Shown: positions 48,670 to 60,508 of the stretch, piece after piece
Numbering within the stretch: position 1 is the stretch's first letter
How the letters are laid out: every line of letters begins with the position of its first letter
Assembly: GCA_902492325.1 (NCBI GenBank)
Contig: CABULC010000002.1
Span: 262,411-326,410, forward strand
Length of the DNA: 64,000 bases
Reading direction: 5' to 3'
DNA from: an uncultured Clostridium sp.
GTDB lineage: Bacteria; Bacillota_I; Bacilli_A; RF39; UBA660
Translations under genes and position numbers: made by a program
Notes under the pieces: model-generated
Told to the model about the DNA's origin: nothing
The model's input: the letters and a program-made list of their open reading frames with translations, nothing else
Database searches by the model: none

Positions 48670-51012
48670 ATGAAGACACTAAGTGATATAGAATTAAAAA
48701 GAATAGATGCATATTATAGAGCTGCAAACTATCTATCAGTTGGTCAACTATATTTAAAAGATAATCCTCTTTTAAAAGAAAAACTAACGCTTGATCATAT
48801 TAAACCAAATGTAGTTGGGCATTGGGGGACAGCTCCAGGACAAAACTTTATATATGTTCATCTAAATAGAATAATTAAAAAGAATAAGCTAGATATGATA
48901 TATATATCTGGTCCAGGTCATGGTGGGCAAGCAATGGTTGCTAATACATATTTAGAAGGAAGTTATACTGAGATTTATCCAAATATTACAGAGGATGAAG
49001 CCGGTATGAAAAAACTATTTAAACAATTTAGTTTCCCAGGTGGTATTAGTTCACATGTAGCGCCAGAAACTCCAGGAAGTATAAATGAAGGTGGAGAACT
49101 TGGCTATAGTCTTTCACATGCTTTTGGAGCAGTTCTTGATAATCCAGATCTTATTGCTGCTTGTGTAGTAGGAGATGGTGAAGCAGAAACAGGCCCTCTA
49201 GCAGCATCATGGCATTTAAATAAAATTATAAATCCACTAACAGATGGTATAGTACTTCCTATACTTCATTTAAATGGATACAAAATCGCAAATCCAACAA
49301 TTTTTGCAAGAATGCCAGAAGAAGAAATGATTAAATTCTTTGAAGGATGTGGATGGGATCCATATATAGTAGAAGCAAATACAACTGCTAAAATGCATGA
49401 ATGCATGGCTAAAACGCTAGATAGATGTATTAGAGATATAGAAATTATTAAAGACAAAACAAGACTTAATAAAAGAGCAACTTTCCCAATGATAATATTA
49501 AAAACACCAAAAGGATGGGGAGGACCTAAATTTGTAGATGGAAAACAAATTGAAGGAACATTTAGATCACATCAAGTACCAATAACAGTAAATAAAGAAC
49601 ATCCAGAAAATGTAGAAATATTAGAAGCATGGATGAAAAGTTATAAACCGGAAGAATTATTTGATCAAAATGGAACTCTTAAAAAAGAATTAAAAGCTTT
49701 AGCTCCAACTGGAGAATACAGAATGGGTATGAATCCACATGCTAATGGTGGAAAACTTCTTGAAGAATTAAACATTCCAGATTTTAGAGGTTATGCTCTA
49801 GATATTAAAAAACCAGGTGAAGTAGTAGCTCAAGATATGATGGAACTAGGATACTTCATAAGAGATATCATTAAATTAAATGAGCCAAAGAAGAACTTTA
49901 GAATATTTGGTCCAGATGAAGCACTTTCTAATAGATTAAATCATATTTTTGAAGTAACAAATAGACAATGGAATGGAATAAGATATGACTATGACGAATT
50001 TATAAATCCATATGGTAGAGTAATAGACTCAGTTCTTTCTGAACATCTTTGTGAAGGAATGTTAGAAGGATATCTTTTAACAGGTAGACATGGTTTCATG
50101 CATAGTTATGAAGCATTTATTAGAATCATTGATTCAATGACTAGTCAACATGCTAAATGGTTAAAAGTAACAAAAGATCTTCCATGGAGAAGAGATATAG
50201 CATCACTAAACTATATTTTAGCTTCATATGTATGGCAACAAGATCATAATGGATTTACACATCAAGATCCAGGATTCTTAAATCATATTGTTACTAAAAA
50301 AGCAGATATAGTAAGAATATATTTACCACCAGATACTAATACTTTAATTTCATGCTTTGATCATTGTATTAGAAGTAAAAACTATATAAATGTAATAGTT
50401 GCATCTAAACATCCAAGACCACAATGGTTAACAATGGATGAAGCAATTAAACATTGTACTAAAGGACTAGGTATATGGAAATTTGCTAGTAATGATGAAG
50501 GAAAAGAACCTGATTTAGTAATGGCATGCGCAGGTGAAACTCCTACAATTGAAGTACTAGCTGCTACTAAAATATTAAGAGAAAACTTTCCTGAATTAAA
50601 AATTAGAGTAGTTAATGTAGTTGATTTAATGAAACTTGAAAGCCCAGAAAATCATCCACATGGACTTGACAATGATGAATATAATAGTATCTTTACAAAA
50701 GATAAACCAATTATATTCGCATTCCATGGATATCCAAACTTAATTCATCAATTGGCATACAAGAGAGAAAATAAAGATATGCATGTACATGGTTACATCG
50801 AAGAAGGTACAATCACTACAACATTCGATATGAAAGTACAAAATAAGTTAGATAGATTTAATTTAGTAATAGATGCACTTAAATATTTACCACAACTTGG
50901 TGATAGAAGAACTGCTCTTACAGAATGGTGTAAAAATAAATTAATAGAACATAAAGAATATATCCATGAATATGGAGAAGATATGCCAGAAATTAAAAAC
51001 TGGAAATGGTAA
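48670..51012 (+). CDS. xfp: Xylulose-5-P/fructose-6-P phosphoketolase
   Basis: [14 protein letters not shown]-binding motifs, 780 aa. Confidence 0.95.
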   Translation: MKTLSDIELKRIDAYYRAANYLSVGQLYLKDNPLLKEKLTLDHIKPNVVGHWGTAPGQNFIYVHLNRIIKKNKLDMIYISGPGHGGQAMVANTYLEGSYTEIYPNITEDEAGMKKLFKQFSFPGGISSHVAPETPGSINEGGELGYSLSHAFGAVLDNPDLIAACVVGDGEAETGPLAASWHLNKIINPLTDGIVLPILHLNGYKIANPTIFARMPEEEMIKFFEGCGWDPYIVEANTTAKMHECMAKTLDRCIRDIEIIKDKTRLNKRATFPMIILKTPKGWGGPKFVDGKQIEGTFRSHQVPITVNKEHPENVEILEAWMKSYKPEELFDQNGTLKKELKALAPTGEYRMGMNPHANGGKLLEELNIPDFRGYALDIKKPGEVVAQDMMELGYFIRDIIKLNEPKKNFRIFGPDEALSNRLNHIFEVTNRQWNGIRYDYDEFINPYGRVIDSVLSEHLCEGMLEGYLLTGRHGFMHSYEAFIRIIDSMTSQHAKWLKVTKDLPWRRDIASLNYILASYVWQQDHNGFTHQDPGFLNHIVTKKADIVRIYLPPDTNTLISCFDHCIRSKNYINVIVASKHPRPQWLTMDEAIKHCTKGLGIWKFASNDEGKEPDLVMACAGETPTIEVLAATKILRENFPELKIRVVNVVDLMKLESPENHPHGLDNDEYNSIFTKDKPIIFAFHGYPNLIHQLAYKRENKDMHVHGYIEEGTITTTFDMKVQNKLDRFNLVIDALKYLPQLGDRRTALTEWCKNKLIEHKEYIHEYGEDMPEIKNWKW

Positions 51013-51015
51013 AAA

Positions 51016-51045
51016 AAGAACGTTTAAACGTTCTTTTTGTTTTTA
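51016..51045. terminator. Bidirectional terminator
   Basis: aagaacgtttaaacgttctt palindrome with flanking A/T runs. Confidence 0.7.
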
Positions 51046-51471
51046 AATGTTATCTATGTAAGTAAGTATATAACCATAACCTCTCATATCAATTTCACTA
51101 TAATTATCATTACCTCTACGTTTAGTAAGTATCATCTTATATACGTTATTAGTAATATAATCCTTAAATGAATCAATGAAACTAACTTTTACTATAGTAT
51201 CTATTGTTATAAAGTTATCAGTAATATCTACGTTTTCAATATCTATTGACTCAATATTTACATTTTTAAATGTTCTACTAATATTCTTCTCTTTATAAGT
51301 GTTAACCATTATGTTTAGTTTATAATACACATCAGATGCTACATAATTTTTAATAGAATCTATATCTCTTTTTTCAATAGAATCTATTATATCCATAAAT
51401 AACTTCTCTAAATTTCTATTAAATATCTCTATATCAAATTTATTGTCAGTTAAAATAATCTTATCAATCAT
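51043..51471 (-). CDS. Hypothetical 142-aa protein
   Basis: ORF with AGGAG RBS. Confidence 0.4.
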   Translation of the reverse strand: MIDKIILTDNKFDIEIFNRNLEKLFMDIIDSIEKRDIDSIKNYVASDVYYKLNIMVNTYKEKNISRTFKNVNIESIDIENVDITDNFITIDTIVKVSFIDSFKDYITNNVYKMILTKRRGNDNYSEIDMRGYGYILTYIDNI

Positions 51472-51774
51472 ATTTTCTCCTTAAATATAGTATTTACAAC
51501 CTTCTAATAAATATTATAATACTATATTTACACTTTTACATAAAAGATATTTAATTTTCACAATTCTATAACAATTGGTATGTAGAATTAAATATGTAAG
51601 AAGGAGGAATGATAGATAGGTAGGTAAAAAGAAAAATAAAAATTAAGTAGCTTCAACTCACAATTAAATAAAACAATTTCTATTATATAGAGATACATTA
51701 AGTATGAATCAAATATTTAATGTATCTTTTTTCATAGTATAAAATATGATAGTATTTATTTATAAGGAGTATAT

Positions 51775-52287
51775 ATGAATTTAGAAAGTATTTTAACAAG
51801 TGAAAATATTGAAGAAGAAATAAGAAGTAATGAAGAATATATATTTATGTTAATACCTGAACTTAAAAGTGAAGTAGGGTTTGATCAAAAACATCCTCAT
51901 CATTCATTTGATGTTTGGAATCATACTATCGAAGCATTAAAGCATATTGAACCAGATTTTGAACTTAGACTTATAGTATTACTTCATGATATAGGTAAAC
52001 CATTTAGTTATCAAGATGGAGAAGATGGAGTAAGACATTTTAAAGGTCATCCAAAAAAATCAAAAGAAATAGCAGAAGATATATTAACAAGATTAAATAT
52101 AGAACCAAAAGAAGAAATACTTTATATTATAGAAAATCATGATACACCTATAGATACTAATAATATTAAAAATAGAGAATTAGAAATAAAAAGATTGAAG
52201 GTACAATATGCTGATGCTTATGCACATGCTCCTTCAACCATTCAAAAACGTATTTTAAGACTTAATGCTATAAAAGAATTAATTTGA
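51775..52287 (+). CDS. HDIG-domain phosphohydrolase
   Basis: HHSFDVWNH...LLHDIGKP. Confidence 0.7.
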   Translation: MNLESILTSENIEEEIRSNEEYIFMLIPELKSEVGFDQKHPHHSFDVWNHTIEALKHIEPDFELRLIVLLHDIGKPFSYQDGEDGVRHFKGHPKKSKEIAEDILTRLNIEPKEEILYIIENHDTPIDTNNIKNRELEIKRLKVQYADAYAHAPSTIQKRILRLNAIKELI

Positions 52288-53640
52288 TTTATAATTTAAT
52301 ACTTCTTCAGCATCATCTAAATGTATTTTTTCTCTACCAATTATTTGATAATCTTCATGTCCTTTACCAAGTATTAATAAAATATCATCTTTTTCCATAA
52401 TATCAATACCATGTTTAATAGCTTGTCTTCTATCTAAGATAACTTCATAGTTATCTTTTTTAACACCTTCTAGTATATCATTCATAATAGCTTGTGGATC
52501 TTCAGTTCTAGGGTTATCACTAGTGAAAATTACATAGTCAGATAATCTACTAGCAATTTCTCCCATGATAGGTCTCTTCTTAGGATCTCTATCTCCTCCA
52601 CAACCAACTATAGTAATTACACGATTCTTTTTAAGCTCATTATATGCAGTAATAACTTTTTCTACAGCATCTGGTGTATGAGCATAATCAATAACAGCAA
52701 CACCACCATTAACTTTATATGCTTCACATCTACCTTTAGGTGCTTTTATCATACTAGTTTTACTAACAATTTCATCTATACTAAATCCATATTGGTTAAG
52801 AATAGATACAACAGTTAAATAGTTATAAACATTAAACTTACTAGTAAGTGGAACTAACACATCATAAGATTTACCTTCAAAACTGAATGTAAGATTTGTT
52901 TCACTTGGATGAGTTTCAAAATTAATAATTTTATAGTCTCCATTAAATCCAAAAGAAACTCTTTTGTGTCCTTCTTTTTTAAAATGAACACTTGCTTCAT
53001 CATCAGAATTAACAATTATGATAGCATCCTTAGTTAAATGATCAAGTATTAATAACTTAGCATTTAAATAATTTTCCATAGTCTTATGATAATCTAAATG
53101 ATCTTCAGTTAGATTAGTAAATCCAATAATTGAATAATTTACATTAGTAAGTCTATCATAAGATAAAGCTTGACTACTTACTTCCATAACTACTGTTTTA
53201 GCTCCACTTTCATATGCGTTCATAAGAAGTTTATAAACAGTTAATATATCAGGAGTAGTATTATTAAGTTCAATATGCTCATCTTTATGATAATAACCAA
53301 TAGTTCCAATATAAGCAGCATCTACACCCATGTTAAGTAACATTTGATAAGTTAAATAACAACTAGTAGTCTTACCATTAGTACCAGTAACACCAATAAG
53401 TTTCATTTCATTTAACTTTTCACCATATTCTTTATTAAGAATTTCTCTTAAATATTTATCAGTATCTTCAACTTTTTCATAAGGAATATCAAAGTCAATA
53501 TCCTTTTCACAAATAATTTTAGATGCTCCATTCTTAATAGCGCTTTCTATAAAATCATGACCATCTACAGTTAAACCTTTTAAAGCGATAAAAGTTTGTC
53601 CTTTTTGTACTTTTCTAGAATCACTTTCAAATTTAAACAT
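52279..53640 (-). CDS. murE: UDP-MurNAc-L-Ala-D-Glu:meso-DAP ligase MurE (DNPR motif)
   Basis: GVTGTNGKTT, FTSDNPRTEDP. Confidence 0.9.
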   Translation of the reverse strand: MFKFESDSRKVQKGQTFIALKGLTVDGHDFIESAIKNGASKIICEKDIDFDIPYEKVEDTDKYLREILNKEYGEKLNEMKLIGVTGTNGKTTSCYLTYQMLLNMGVDAAYIGTIGYYHKDEHIELNNTTPDILTVYKLLMNAYESGAKTVVMEVSSQALSYDRLTNVNYSIIGFTNLTEDHLDYHKTMENYLNAKLLILDHLTKDAIIIVNSDDEASVHFKKEGHKRVSFGFNGDYKIINFETHPSETNLTFSFEGKSYDVLVPLTSKFNVYNYLTVVSILNQYGFSIDEIVSKTSMIKAPKGRCEAYKVNGGVAVIDYAHTPDAVEKVITAYNELKKNRVITIVGCGGDRDPKKRPIMGEIASRLSDYVIFTSDNPRTEDPQAIMNDILEGVKKDNYEVILDRRQAIKHGIDIMEKDDILLILGKGHEDYQIIGREKIHLDDAEEVLNYKSN

Positions 53641-53805
53641 TTTCTCACTTCCTCTAAATAATATTATAACATATTAAAAAATATTATTAATTAGTTTACA
53701 TCCACAAACATTCCACATTACATTTTACTTAACACTATAATTACATAGGTTATTGCATTTTGCCAACTAGAATGTTATCATTTAAGTAGAAAGTAGGGAT
53801 AATTT

Positions 53806-54348
53806 ATGATTACTAATAAATTTAAAAAAGAATTAAATAAAAATGAGTATTATGTAGTAAATCCTAAAACTGGAAGTCAAAAAAGATTAAATGTTAATAA
53901 AATAGTTGATAATGCTAAAAAAGCTTTAAAAAGAGCAGTTATAGTAGGTTTAGCAGTAGGTACACTCGGAACAGGTGCTTTAGGATATATATTTGCTGAT
54001 GAAATAGCTGACTTTAAAGAAGAAAAAGCTTACAATAAAGCAGTCGGAACAGTATATAGTGAATATAAAAGTGATCATCCAGATTATGAAAATGACAAAG
54101 AAAATATATGCAGTCTTATAGATGATCAAGGTTGTTGTTATATGGCATATCCTGATAAACAATTAGAGTTTATTCTAGATGGAAATCCAATCGTAAAAAA
54201 ATGTTCTGATCCTGATTGTAGAATATGTGATAAAAATAGAGAAATAGAAGAGTCAGTAAATGATATTGTAAGAAGTGACCCTAGATTTACAGAAATAGTT
54301 GAAGAACATGAACATAATCAAGAAATGGATCAAGTAAGGAGTAAATAA
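53806..54348 (+). CDS. Membrane-anchored Cys-rich hypothetical protein
   Basis: TM near N-terminus, CxxC pairs. Confidence 0.4.
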   Translation: MITNKFKKELNKNEYYVVNPKTGSQKRLNVNKIVDNAKKALKRAVIVGLAVGTLGTGALGYIFADEIADFKEEKAYNKAVGTVYSEYKSDHPDYENDKENICSLIDDQGCCYMAYPDKQLEFILDGNPIVKKCSDPDCRICDKNREIEESVNDIVRSDPRFTEIVEEHEHNQEMDQVRSK

Positions 54349-54569
54349 TGGAAGAAGAAGTTAAAACTTTAATATTAAATGATAAAGAATTCGCAGTAGT
54401 TGACGAACTAGAATACAAAGGTAAAAAATATATGTATCTAGTAGAAATAACAGGCGGAGAAATCCAAATAGTAGAAGAATTTATGGAAGACTTGAACACT
54501 GTTGTTAAAACAGTAAGTGATAAAAAACTTCTAGATATACTAGAAGTTGAATTTGCTAAAAGATTTTAA
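54348..54569 (+). CDS. DUF1292 family small protein
   Basis: MEEEVKTLILNDKEFAVVDELEYKGKKYMYLVE pattern. Confidence 0.55.
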   Translation: MEEEVKTLILNDKEFAVVDELEYKGKKYMYLVEITGGEIQIVEEFMEDLNTVVKTVSDKKLLDILEVEFAKRF

Positions 54570-54588
54570 GAATGATTAATCATTCTTT

Positions 54589-55215
54589 TTATTTGATATA
54601 GATTTCACAAGATATGTTACTATTTATAAGTAATTTAAATTCTTGACCTAGCTTAACATCTCCTACAATTAAACCATAATGAGTAGGTATAACTGTTTTA
54701 GGATTGATAGTATTTGTATAACTTGCAGCTTCTTTATAATCCATAGTGTATGTTCCGCCAATAGGTATAAATAAAACATCGCATTTAACTTTTAACACAT
54801 CATCATTAATATCAGTGTCTCCCATAATATAATATTTAATATTATCAATATTTATATTATAGCCAACCCAATCATTATCTATAGGATGAAAACTTTTATT
54901 TACATTGTATGCTCTAACTGTATCAAACTTTATACCAAGAACTTCATAACTATTATTAGGAATAACAATTATAATTTTATTACTATTAAAATATTTAATT
55001 AACTCCTGATAAGTATCTTTAGTACTAACAATTATAGTATTTTCATTTTTAATTTTTAAAATATCTTTAATAGAAAAATGATCATAATGACTATGTGTAA
55101 TAAATATAATATTGGCATCTTTAGTTTCGTTATCTATTTCAAATGGATCAATGTATATATTAGAGTTTCCAGTTATTTTAATACTATTATGTTTAAATAA
55201 ATTTATATTTTTCAT
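54589..55215 (-). CDS. MBL-fold metallo-hydrolase
   Basis: ITHSHYDH motif. Confidence 0.75.
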   Translation of the reverse strand: MKNINLFKHNSIKITGNSNIYIDPFEIDNETKDANIIFITHSHYDHFSIKDILKIKNENTIIVSTKDTYQELIKYFNSNKIIIVIPNNSYEVLGIKFDTVRAYNVNKSFHPIDNDWVGYNINIDNIKYYIMGDTDINDDVLKVKCDVLFIPIGGTYTMDYKEAASYTNTINPKTVIPTHYGLIVGDVKLGQEFKLLINSNISCEIYIK

Positions 55216-55247
55216 ATCATCACCAATTTAATTATAACAAAAAAGAG

Positions 55248-55679
55248 CTATTTAGTTGCTCTTAATTTTCTAACATAATCTTCATATGTTTCTTTGTCAC
55301 TATATATTGTTAAGTTTGTACCACAACCTTGCATAATTACACTATCAGTAAAACCGTGACTTCTAATTATTTGATCTGGTATATTAATTCTTCTTTGTGA
55401 ATCAACGTTACTAGTAGCAAGATATGAATAATATAACAATTGTAATCTATCATTTAAAGCTTGTAATTTTTCAAACTCATCAGGACTACAATTTTTATTT
55501 AACGCATCTATTGTTTTTTTCATACTTAACACAGCATATAGTTTTAATGATCTAGGTCCATTATCAACTATAGCAATCTTTTCACCAGTTTCTGCCCCAG
55601 TAAACTTTGGTAGTATAATTCTACCTTTATTATCAACACTAGCTTCTTTATATCCTAAAATTATATCTTCTCCAAACAT
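55248..55679 (-). CDS. mraZ: MraZ-like transcriptional regulator (two DxxxR motifs), located away from any mraW/ftsL cluster
   Basis: DNKGRIILP and DSQRRINIP; 143 aa; AAGGGGGAT RBS. Confidence 0.7.
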   Translation of the reverse strand: MFGEDIILGYKEASVDNKGRIILPKFTGAETGEKIAIVDNGPRSLKLYAVLSMKKTIDALNKNCSPDEFEKLQALNDRLQLLYYSYLATSNVDSQRRINIPDQIIRSHGFTDSVIMQGCGTNLTIYSDKETYEDYVRKLRATK

Positions 55680-55764
55680 AAATCCCCCTTAAAAAACACA
55701 TAGATTATACCATAAAAAGAATGAAAAATCAATAACAAGCCATAATACTACTAGGAGACAATAT

Positions 55765-56616
55765 ATGTATATAATTTATGCTTTACTAGCTTCAGTATTT
55801 TCAGGACTAACTTCAGTGTTTGCTAAAACAGGTATTAAGAACACTGATTCAATCTTAGCAACATTCTTAAGAACAATAGTAATCTCACTATTTTTATTTT
55901 TAATTGTAATATGGAAAGAAAACTTAAATGATATATTTTTACTAGATAAAAAAACTATATTATTCTTAATATTATCTGGTATTTCAAATACTTTATTATG
56001 GATTTGTTATTTTAAAGCATTAGACCTTGGAACTGTTAGTAAAGTAACACCAGTTGATAAAACAAGCATAGTACTAACACTAATATTATCATCACTATTT
56101 TTAAATGAAAAAATAACAACTATAAAAATAATATCAATTGTATTAATACTATCAGGTACATTCTTAACTATAAAAAAAGAATCTAAAGACTCAAAAGATA
56201 ATAAATGGATAATTTATGCAATCTTAACAGCTGTGTTCACAAGTACAACAACAGTACTAAGCAAAATAGGCATAGAAAGCACTAATACTACGCTTATAAC
56301 ATTCTTAAGAACAATAGTAGTTCTAATAATATTAACAACTATAACATTATTTAAAAAGAAATATAAATCTATAAAAGATATAGAAAAAAGAAGTTGGTTA
56401 TTTATTATATTATCTGGATTATCAACATCACTATCATGGCTTTTCTATTTTAAAGCTTTAGCACTTGGAGAAGCAAGCGTAGTATTTCCAATAGAGAAGT
56501 TAAGTCTAGTTGTATCAATATTAATATCAATAACTTTCTTAAAAGAAAAAGTTAATAAAAAACAAATCATAGGAATCATTATTATAGTTATTGGAACATC
56601 ATTATTATTTTTTTAA
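55765..56616 (+). CDS. EamA/DMT family transporter
   Basis: Two EamA repeats, 10 TM. Confidence 0.75.
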   Translation: MYIIYALLASVFSGLTSVFAKTGIKNTDSILATFLRTIVISLFLFLIVIWKENLNDIFLLDKKTILFLILSGISNTLLWICYFKALDLGTVSKVTPVDKTSIVLTLILSSLFLNEKITTIKIISIVLILSGTFLTIKKESKDSKDNKWIIYAILTAVFTSTTTVLSKIGIESTNTTLITFLRTIVVLIILTTITLFKKKYKSIKDIEKRSWLFIILSGLSTSLSWLFYFKALALGEASVVFPIEKLSLVVSILISITFLKEKVNKKQIIGIIIIVIGTSLLFF

Positions 56617-56668
56617 AAAACTTCTAGATTTATAAATATTTTGTTATAATAATTTTGGAAGTGGTAGT

Positions 56669-57124
56669 ATGAAAGAAAAAATTAAAAATCCTAAAGAAAA
56701 CATTAAAGCTTTAGAAAAGAAATCAAAAGGACTTTTTGAAGAATTTAAAACTTTTATTAAAAGGGGAAATGTAATTGATTTAGCTGTTGGTGTTGTAATT
56801 GGTGGTGCTTTTAGTACAATTGTATCATCATTAGTAAATGATATAATAATGCCATTAATAGGTGTTATTATCGGTGGATATGACTTTACAGGCTTATCAT
56901 TAAAAGTAAAAGATGCATCTATTAACTATGGTTCATTCATTCAAAATGTTATTAATTTCTTAATTATAGCATTCTGTATATTTATATTAGTAAAAGTAAT
57001 AAATAAATTCTTACATAAAGCAAAAGAAGAAGAGAAAAAAGAAGAACAAAAAGAAGAACCAAAAAAATCAGATGAAGTAATTCTTTTAGAAGAAATAAGA
57101 GATTTATTAAAAAAGCAAAAATAA
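56669..57124 (+). CDS. mscL: Large-conductance mechanosensitive channel
   Basis: [20 protein letters not shown]. Confidence 0.9.
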   Translation: MKEKIKNPKENIKALEKKSKGLFEEFKTFIKRGNVIDLAVGVVIGGAFSTIVSSLVNDIIMPLIGVIIGGYDFTGLSLKVKDASINYGSFIQNVINFLIIAFCIFILVKVINKFLHKAKEEEKKEEQKEEPKKSDEVILLEEIRDLLKKQK

Positions 57125-57127
57125 TAT

Positions 57128-57160
57128 GTTAACCTCTATAAAAAGAGGTTTTTATTTTAA
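57128..57160 (+). terminator. Terminator after mscL
   Basis: aacctctataaaaagaggtt plus tttt. Confidence 0.7.
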
Positions 57161-57197
57161 AACTATGATATAATTTTAATATATAGTGGGTGAAGAT

Positions 57198-57506
57198 ATG
57201 GGATTAAGATTTAGAAAAAGTTTTAATTTAGGAAAAGGCTTTAAATTAAACTTAAGTAAATCCGGAATAGGTTATAGTTTTGGATTTAAAGGTTTTAGAA
57301 TTGGAAAAACTGCGAAAGGTAAAACTAGAAAAACAATAAGTTTACCTGGTACAGGTCTTTCTTATCAAACAGAAACAAAAGAAGACACAAGTGTTGTAAA
57401 AGATATTATAAAGGATACTACAAAAGATGGTAAAAATATTAAAGATAAATCTTTTGATGAAGTAGTTGAAGATATCGCGGAATCTTTTACAAAAAATATA
57501 AAGTAG
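57198..57506 (+). CDS. DUF4236 family protein
   Basis: MGLRFRKSFNLGKGFKLNLSKSGIGYSFG. Confidence 0.6.
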   Translation: MGLRFRKSFNLGKGFKLNLSKSGIGYSFGFKGFRIGKTAKGKTRKTISLPGTGLSYQTETKEDTSVVKDIIKDTTKDGKNIKDKSFDEVVEDIAESFTKNIK

Positions 57507-57513
57507 GTGAATT

Positions 57514-58017
57514 ATGAATTATAAGAAATTAACTATTTATGCATTAATTATAAATATATTAATGAATGTTATCTTTTTTATAGATAACACTTTCTTAACT
57601 GATACAGTTGGATACTATATTTATTTTTTAATACTTTTAGTAGCGTTTATAATTTATTACATTAAAAAGTACGATAAAAGGTATGATAAAAAAGTTATAT
57701 TTAAAGATATCTTAATTACAGTTATGTGGGGATTTTTATCAGGATTACTCGGAGTTTTATTATCAAATTTAAGTGAAAGTTTAAAACCATGTAATGGTAT
57801 TGGATTTAGTTGTTTCCTTTATAAAATTGAATATTTAGTTTTAGCTATAATTAATATTTTATATGGTTGTATGATATTAGTAATAAATGGAATAAATCTT
57901 TTATTAAAGAAGACTAAATTAAGTGATAAGAAAAATATAATGATTTCAATTCCAGCAGGAATAGTATCGTTCTTATTAATTGTATTTATAATTCAAAAAA
58001 TACTTGAAGTTATTTAA
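57514..58017 (+). CDS. Small polytopic membrane protein
   Basis: Hydrophobic ORF. Confidence 0.45.
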   Translation: MNYKKLTIYALIINILMNVIFFIDNTFLTDTVGYYIYFLILLVAFIIYYIKKYDKRYDKKVIFKDILITVMWGFLSGLLGVLLSNLSESLKPCNGIGFSCFLYKIEYLVLAIINILYGCMILVINGINLLLKKTKLSDKKNIMISIPAGIVSFLLIVFIIQKILEVI

Positions 58018-58026
58018 GAGGATAAT

Positions 58027-58695
58027 ATGAGAAAAATAGAAGTAGGAAAAAAATATAAACATTTCAAAAATAAAATGTACGAGGTAATAGGAATAGCATT
58101 AGATTCAGAAACAAATCATGATGAAGAACCTAAAAAAATTGTTATATATAAAGCACTATATGGAGATAATCTAATATGGGCAAGACCATATGATATGTTT
58201 AATAGTGAAGTTGATCATGAGAAATACCCAGATATAAAACAAAAATATAGATTTGAAGAAGTAGAAGAGAAAAAAGATACTAAAGACACAGAAAAGGAAC
58301 TAAATGAAGTTTGTGATTTTGTATATAACTGTAAACATTATTTTATTGCTACTATTGATGGTGGTAAACCAAAAGTAAGGCCATTTGGTACAATCGGAAT
58401 ATATGAAAATAAATTATATATTCAAACATCAAAAGCAAAAGATGTATCAAAACAAATATCTAAAAATCATAACATTGAAATATGTGCATATGATAATAAA
58501 GATAGATGGATTAGAATAAGTGCAAGAGCTATAAGAGATGAAAGATACGAAGTAAAAAAATATATGCTTGATAGATATCCGGAATTAAGAAGCATGTATG
58601 ATGAAAATGATAATATAGTTGAAGAATTACGTCTAGAAGATGTAACAGCTACATTCTACTCATTTAAGGATGAACCAAGAGTTATTAAATTTTAA
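58027..58695 (+). CDS. DUF1653 domain fused to pyridoxamine-5'-phosphate-oxidase-like FMN-binding domain
   Basis: N-terminal [11 protein letters not shown]...[19 protein letters not shown]; C-terminal split-barrel-like region. Confidence 0.55.
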   Translation: MRKIEVGKKYKHFKNKMYEVIGIALDSETNHDEEPKKIVIYKALYGDNLIWARPYDMFNSEVDHEKYPDIKQKYRFEEVEEKKDTKDTEKELNEVCDFVYNCKHYFIATIDGGKPKVRPFGTIGIYENKLYIQTSKAKDVSKQISKNHNIEICAYDNKDRWIRISARAIRDERYEVKKYMLDRYPELRSMYDENDNIVEELRLEDVTATFYSFKDEPRVIKF

Positions 58696-58703
58696 GGAGA
58701 ATC

Positions 58704-60458
58704 ATGAAAAAAACATTAAAAGTAATTTTATCTATAGTACTATTAATATCAATATCTATACTTATTTATTGCTTTTATAACAAAGATATTAAAATATCAA
58801 ATGATGCATTAATAGGAAACAACCTATATAAATTTAAACTAACTAAAGATTATGAACAAATCTTAACAATTAAAGATGAAGGTAAATACTTATATACTTT
58901 AATTTCAGTAATAAATGATAAAGATTCAGAAGAAAATGAATATATTTTAAAAAAGATAAACATAGAGACTTCTAAAAGTGAAAAAGAAGTATCTTTTAAA
59001 ACCACAATTATACAAGATCCAATAATAACATTAGATGATAAATATATAAAAGTAATCTCAAGAGGAAACTTAAATGTTCATAAATTTGATAAAGACTTTA
59101 AATTAGTAAACGAACTAACAACTCCAGTAGAGGAATATAACTCATATGGAGAATATAATGATCAAGTACTATCAACAAAAGACAATAATATTTATTTAGA
59201 TGGTAAACTTTATGATACAGTATTAAAATCATGCGATACTGCATACAACATTATATATAAAGACAATACATATATTTATTTTAATAATTCTAATTTAAAT
59301 GTTAGTTGTTTATATAATGTTGATACTAAAAATATAGAATATTTAGATAATTCAAATGTTGAACCATTCTCTAATGGATATTTAACATATAACTATAAAG
59401 ACAACAAAATAGCAATAAAAAAGAATACTGAAGAAAAATATTATTTAAATTCAAAAGATGAAACAGCATTTATAGCTATAACAAACGATGGTAATACACT
59501 TGGAACATTTAATGATAATATTAGTGAGTTTAAAGTGTATGATTTAATTAACAAGAAAATAATTAATAAACTTAAGATTAAATTTGAAGAAGAATATTAT
59601 GTTCCATTAATGTTAATGAGTGATTATATGTATATAGTAGAAACAAATGGAGATAATTATGATCTTTATATTTGGGATTATAAAAAAGATGTAACAAGTG
59701 AAAACATGGTTAGCTATAGTAATTCTAAAGATAAAATCGATAGTTATGAATTAGCTACTAAAATAAAAGATGAATTTGGTGTAAATATGTATATCTATGA
59801 TAAGGGGGTAAGATACTTTACTGATTTTTATGCACTTCCAACTTATGATGATGAATTAACATATGATAGATTATCTAAAACATATGATATATTAAAAAAC
59901 TTTAATAAAGAATTCTTTAATAAATTTAAAATGAATAAAAATAATGGGCTTGAAATATATATAACAGGCGAGTTAGGTCCTAGTGATACAAAAACTCAAG
60001 TATCATATCCAGTAGGTTACTCACTAACAATGGATGATAATTATATAATCGCATTAGATGCAAATAGTGATGAATATGAAAAAACAGTATGTCATGAACT
60101 AATGCATAGTATAGAAAATAATATGTATGATTTATATTATAATAGTAAGATAAAAACAGAACCATTTAAAAAGTGGAATTCTTATAATCCTAAAAATTAT
60201 AAATATGATGATTCGTATGTAAAAGAGGAAAATGATAAATACACAATTGCAAGTAATAAAGATGTTTACTTTGTTGATGCATATTCACATACATACGCTC
60301 ATGAAGATAGAGCAAGAATATTTGAGTCACTTTGTGGGTCAGAAGATATATTTAGTAAATATCCAAACATAAAGAAAAAGGCATTATATCTAAGAAATGA
60401 GATAATTAAAGTATATCCAAGCATAAAAGATTCTAAACTTTTTAGTACTCTTAACTAA
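58704..60458 (+). CDS. Signal-anchored 584-aa N/Y/K-rich protein with HELMHS motif (putative extracytoplasmic zincin)
   Basis: N-terminal TM, CHELMHSIEN and downstream HEDRAR. Confidence 0.5.
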   Translation: MKKTLKVILSIVLLISISILIYCFYNKDIKISNDALIGNNLYKFKLTKDYEQILTIKDEGKYLYTLISVINDKDSEENEYILKKINIETSKSEKEVSFKTTIIQDPIITLDDKYIKVISRGNLNVHKFDKDFKLVNELTTPVEEYNSYGEYNDQVLSTKDNNIYLDGKLYDTVLKSCDTAYNIIYKDNTYIYFNNSNLNVSCLYNVDTKNIEYLDNSNVEPFSNGYLTYNYKDNKIAIKKNTEEKYYLNSKDETAFIAITNDGNTLGTFNDNISEFKVYDLINKKIINKLKIKFEEEYYVPLMLMSDYMYIVETNGDNYDLYIWDYKKDVTSENMVSYSNSKDKIDSYELATKIKDEFGVNMYIYDKGVRYFTDFYALPTYDDELTYDRLSKTYDILKNFNKEFFNKFKMNKNNGLEIYITGELGPSDTKTQVSYPVGYSLTMDDNYIIALDANSDEYEKTVCHELMHSIENNMYDLYYNSKIKTEPFKKWNSYNPKNYKYDDSYVKEENDKYTIASNKDVYFVDAYSHTYAHEDRARIFESLCGSEDIFSKYPNIKKKALYLRNEIIKVYPSIKDSKLFSTLN

Positions 60459-60508
60459 ACTTGACAAATTTTAATAAAAGTATATAATATTTCCACACGG
60501 GGGATATT

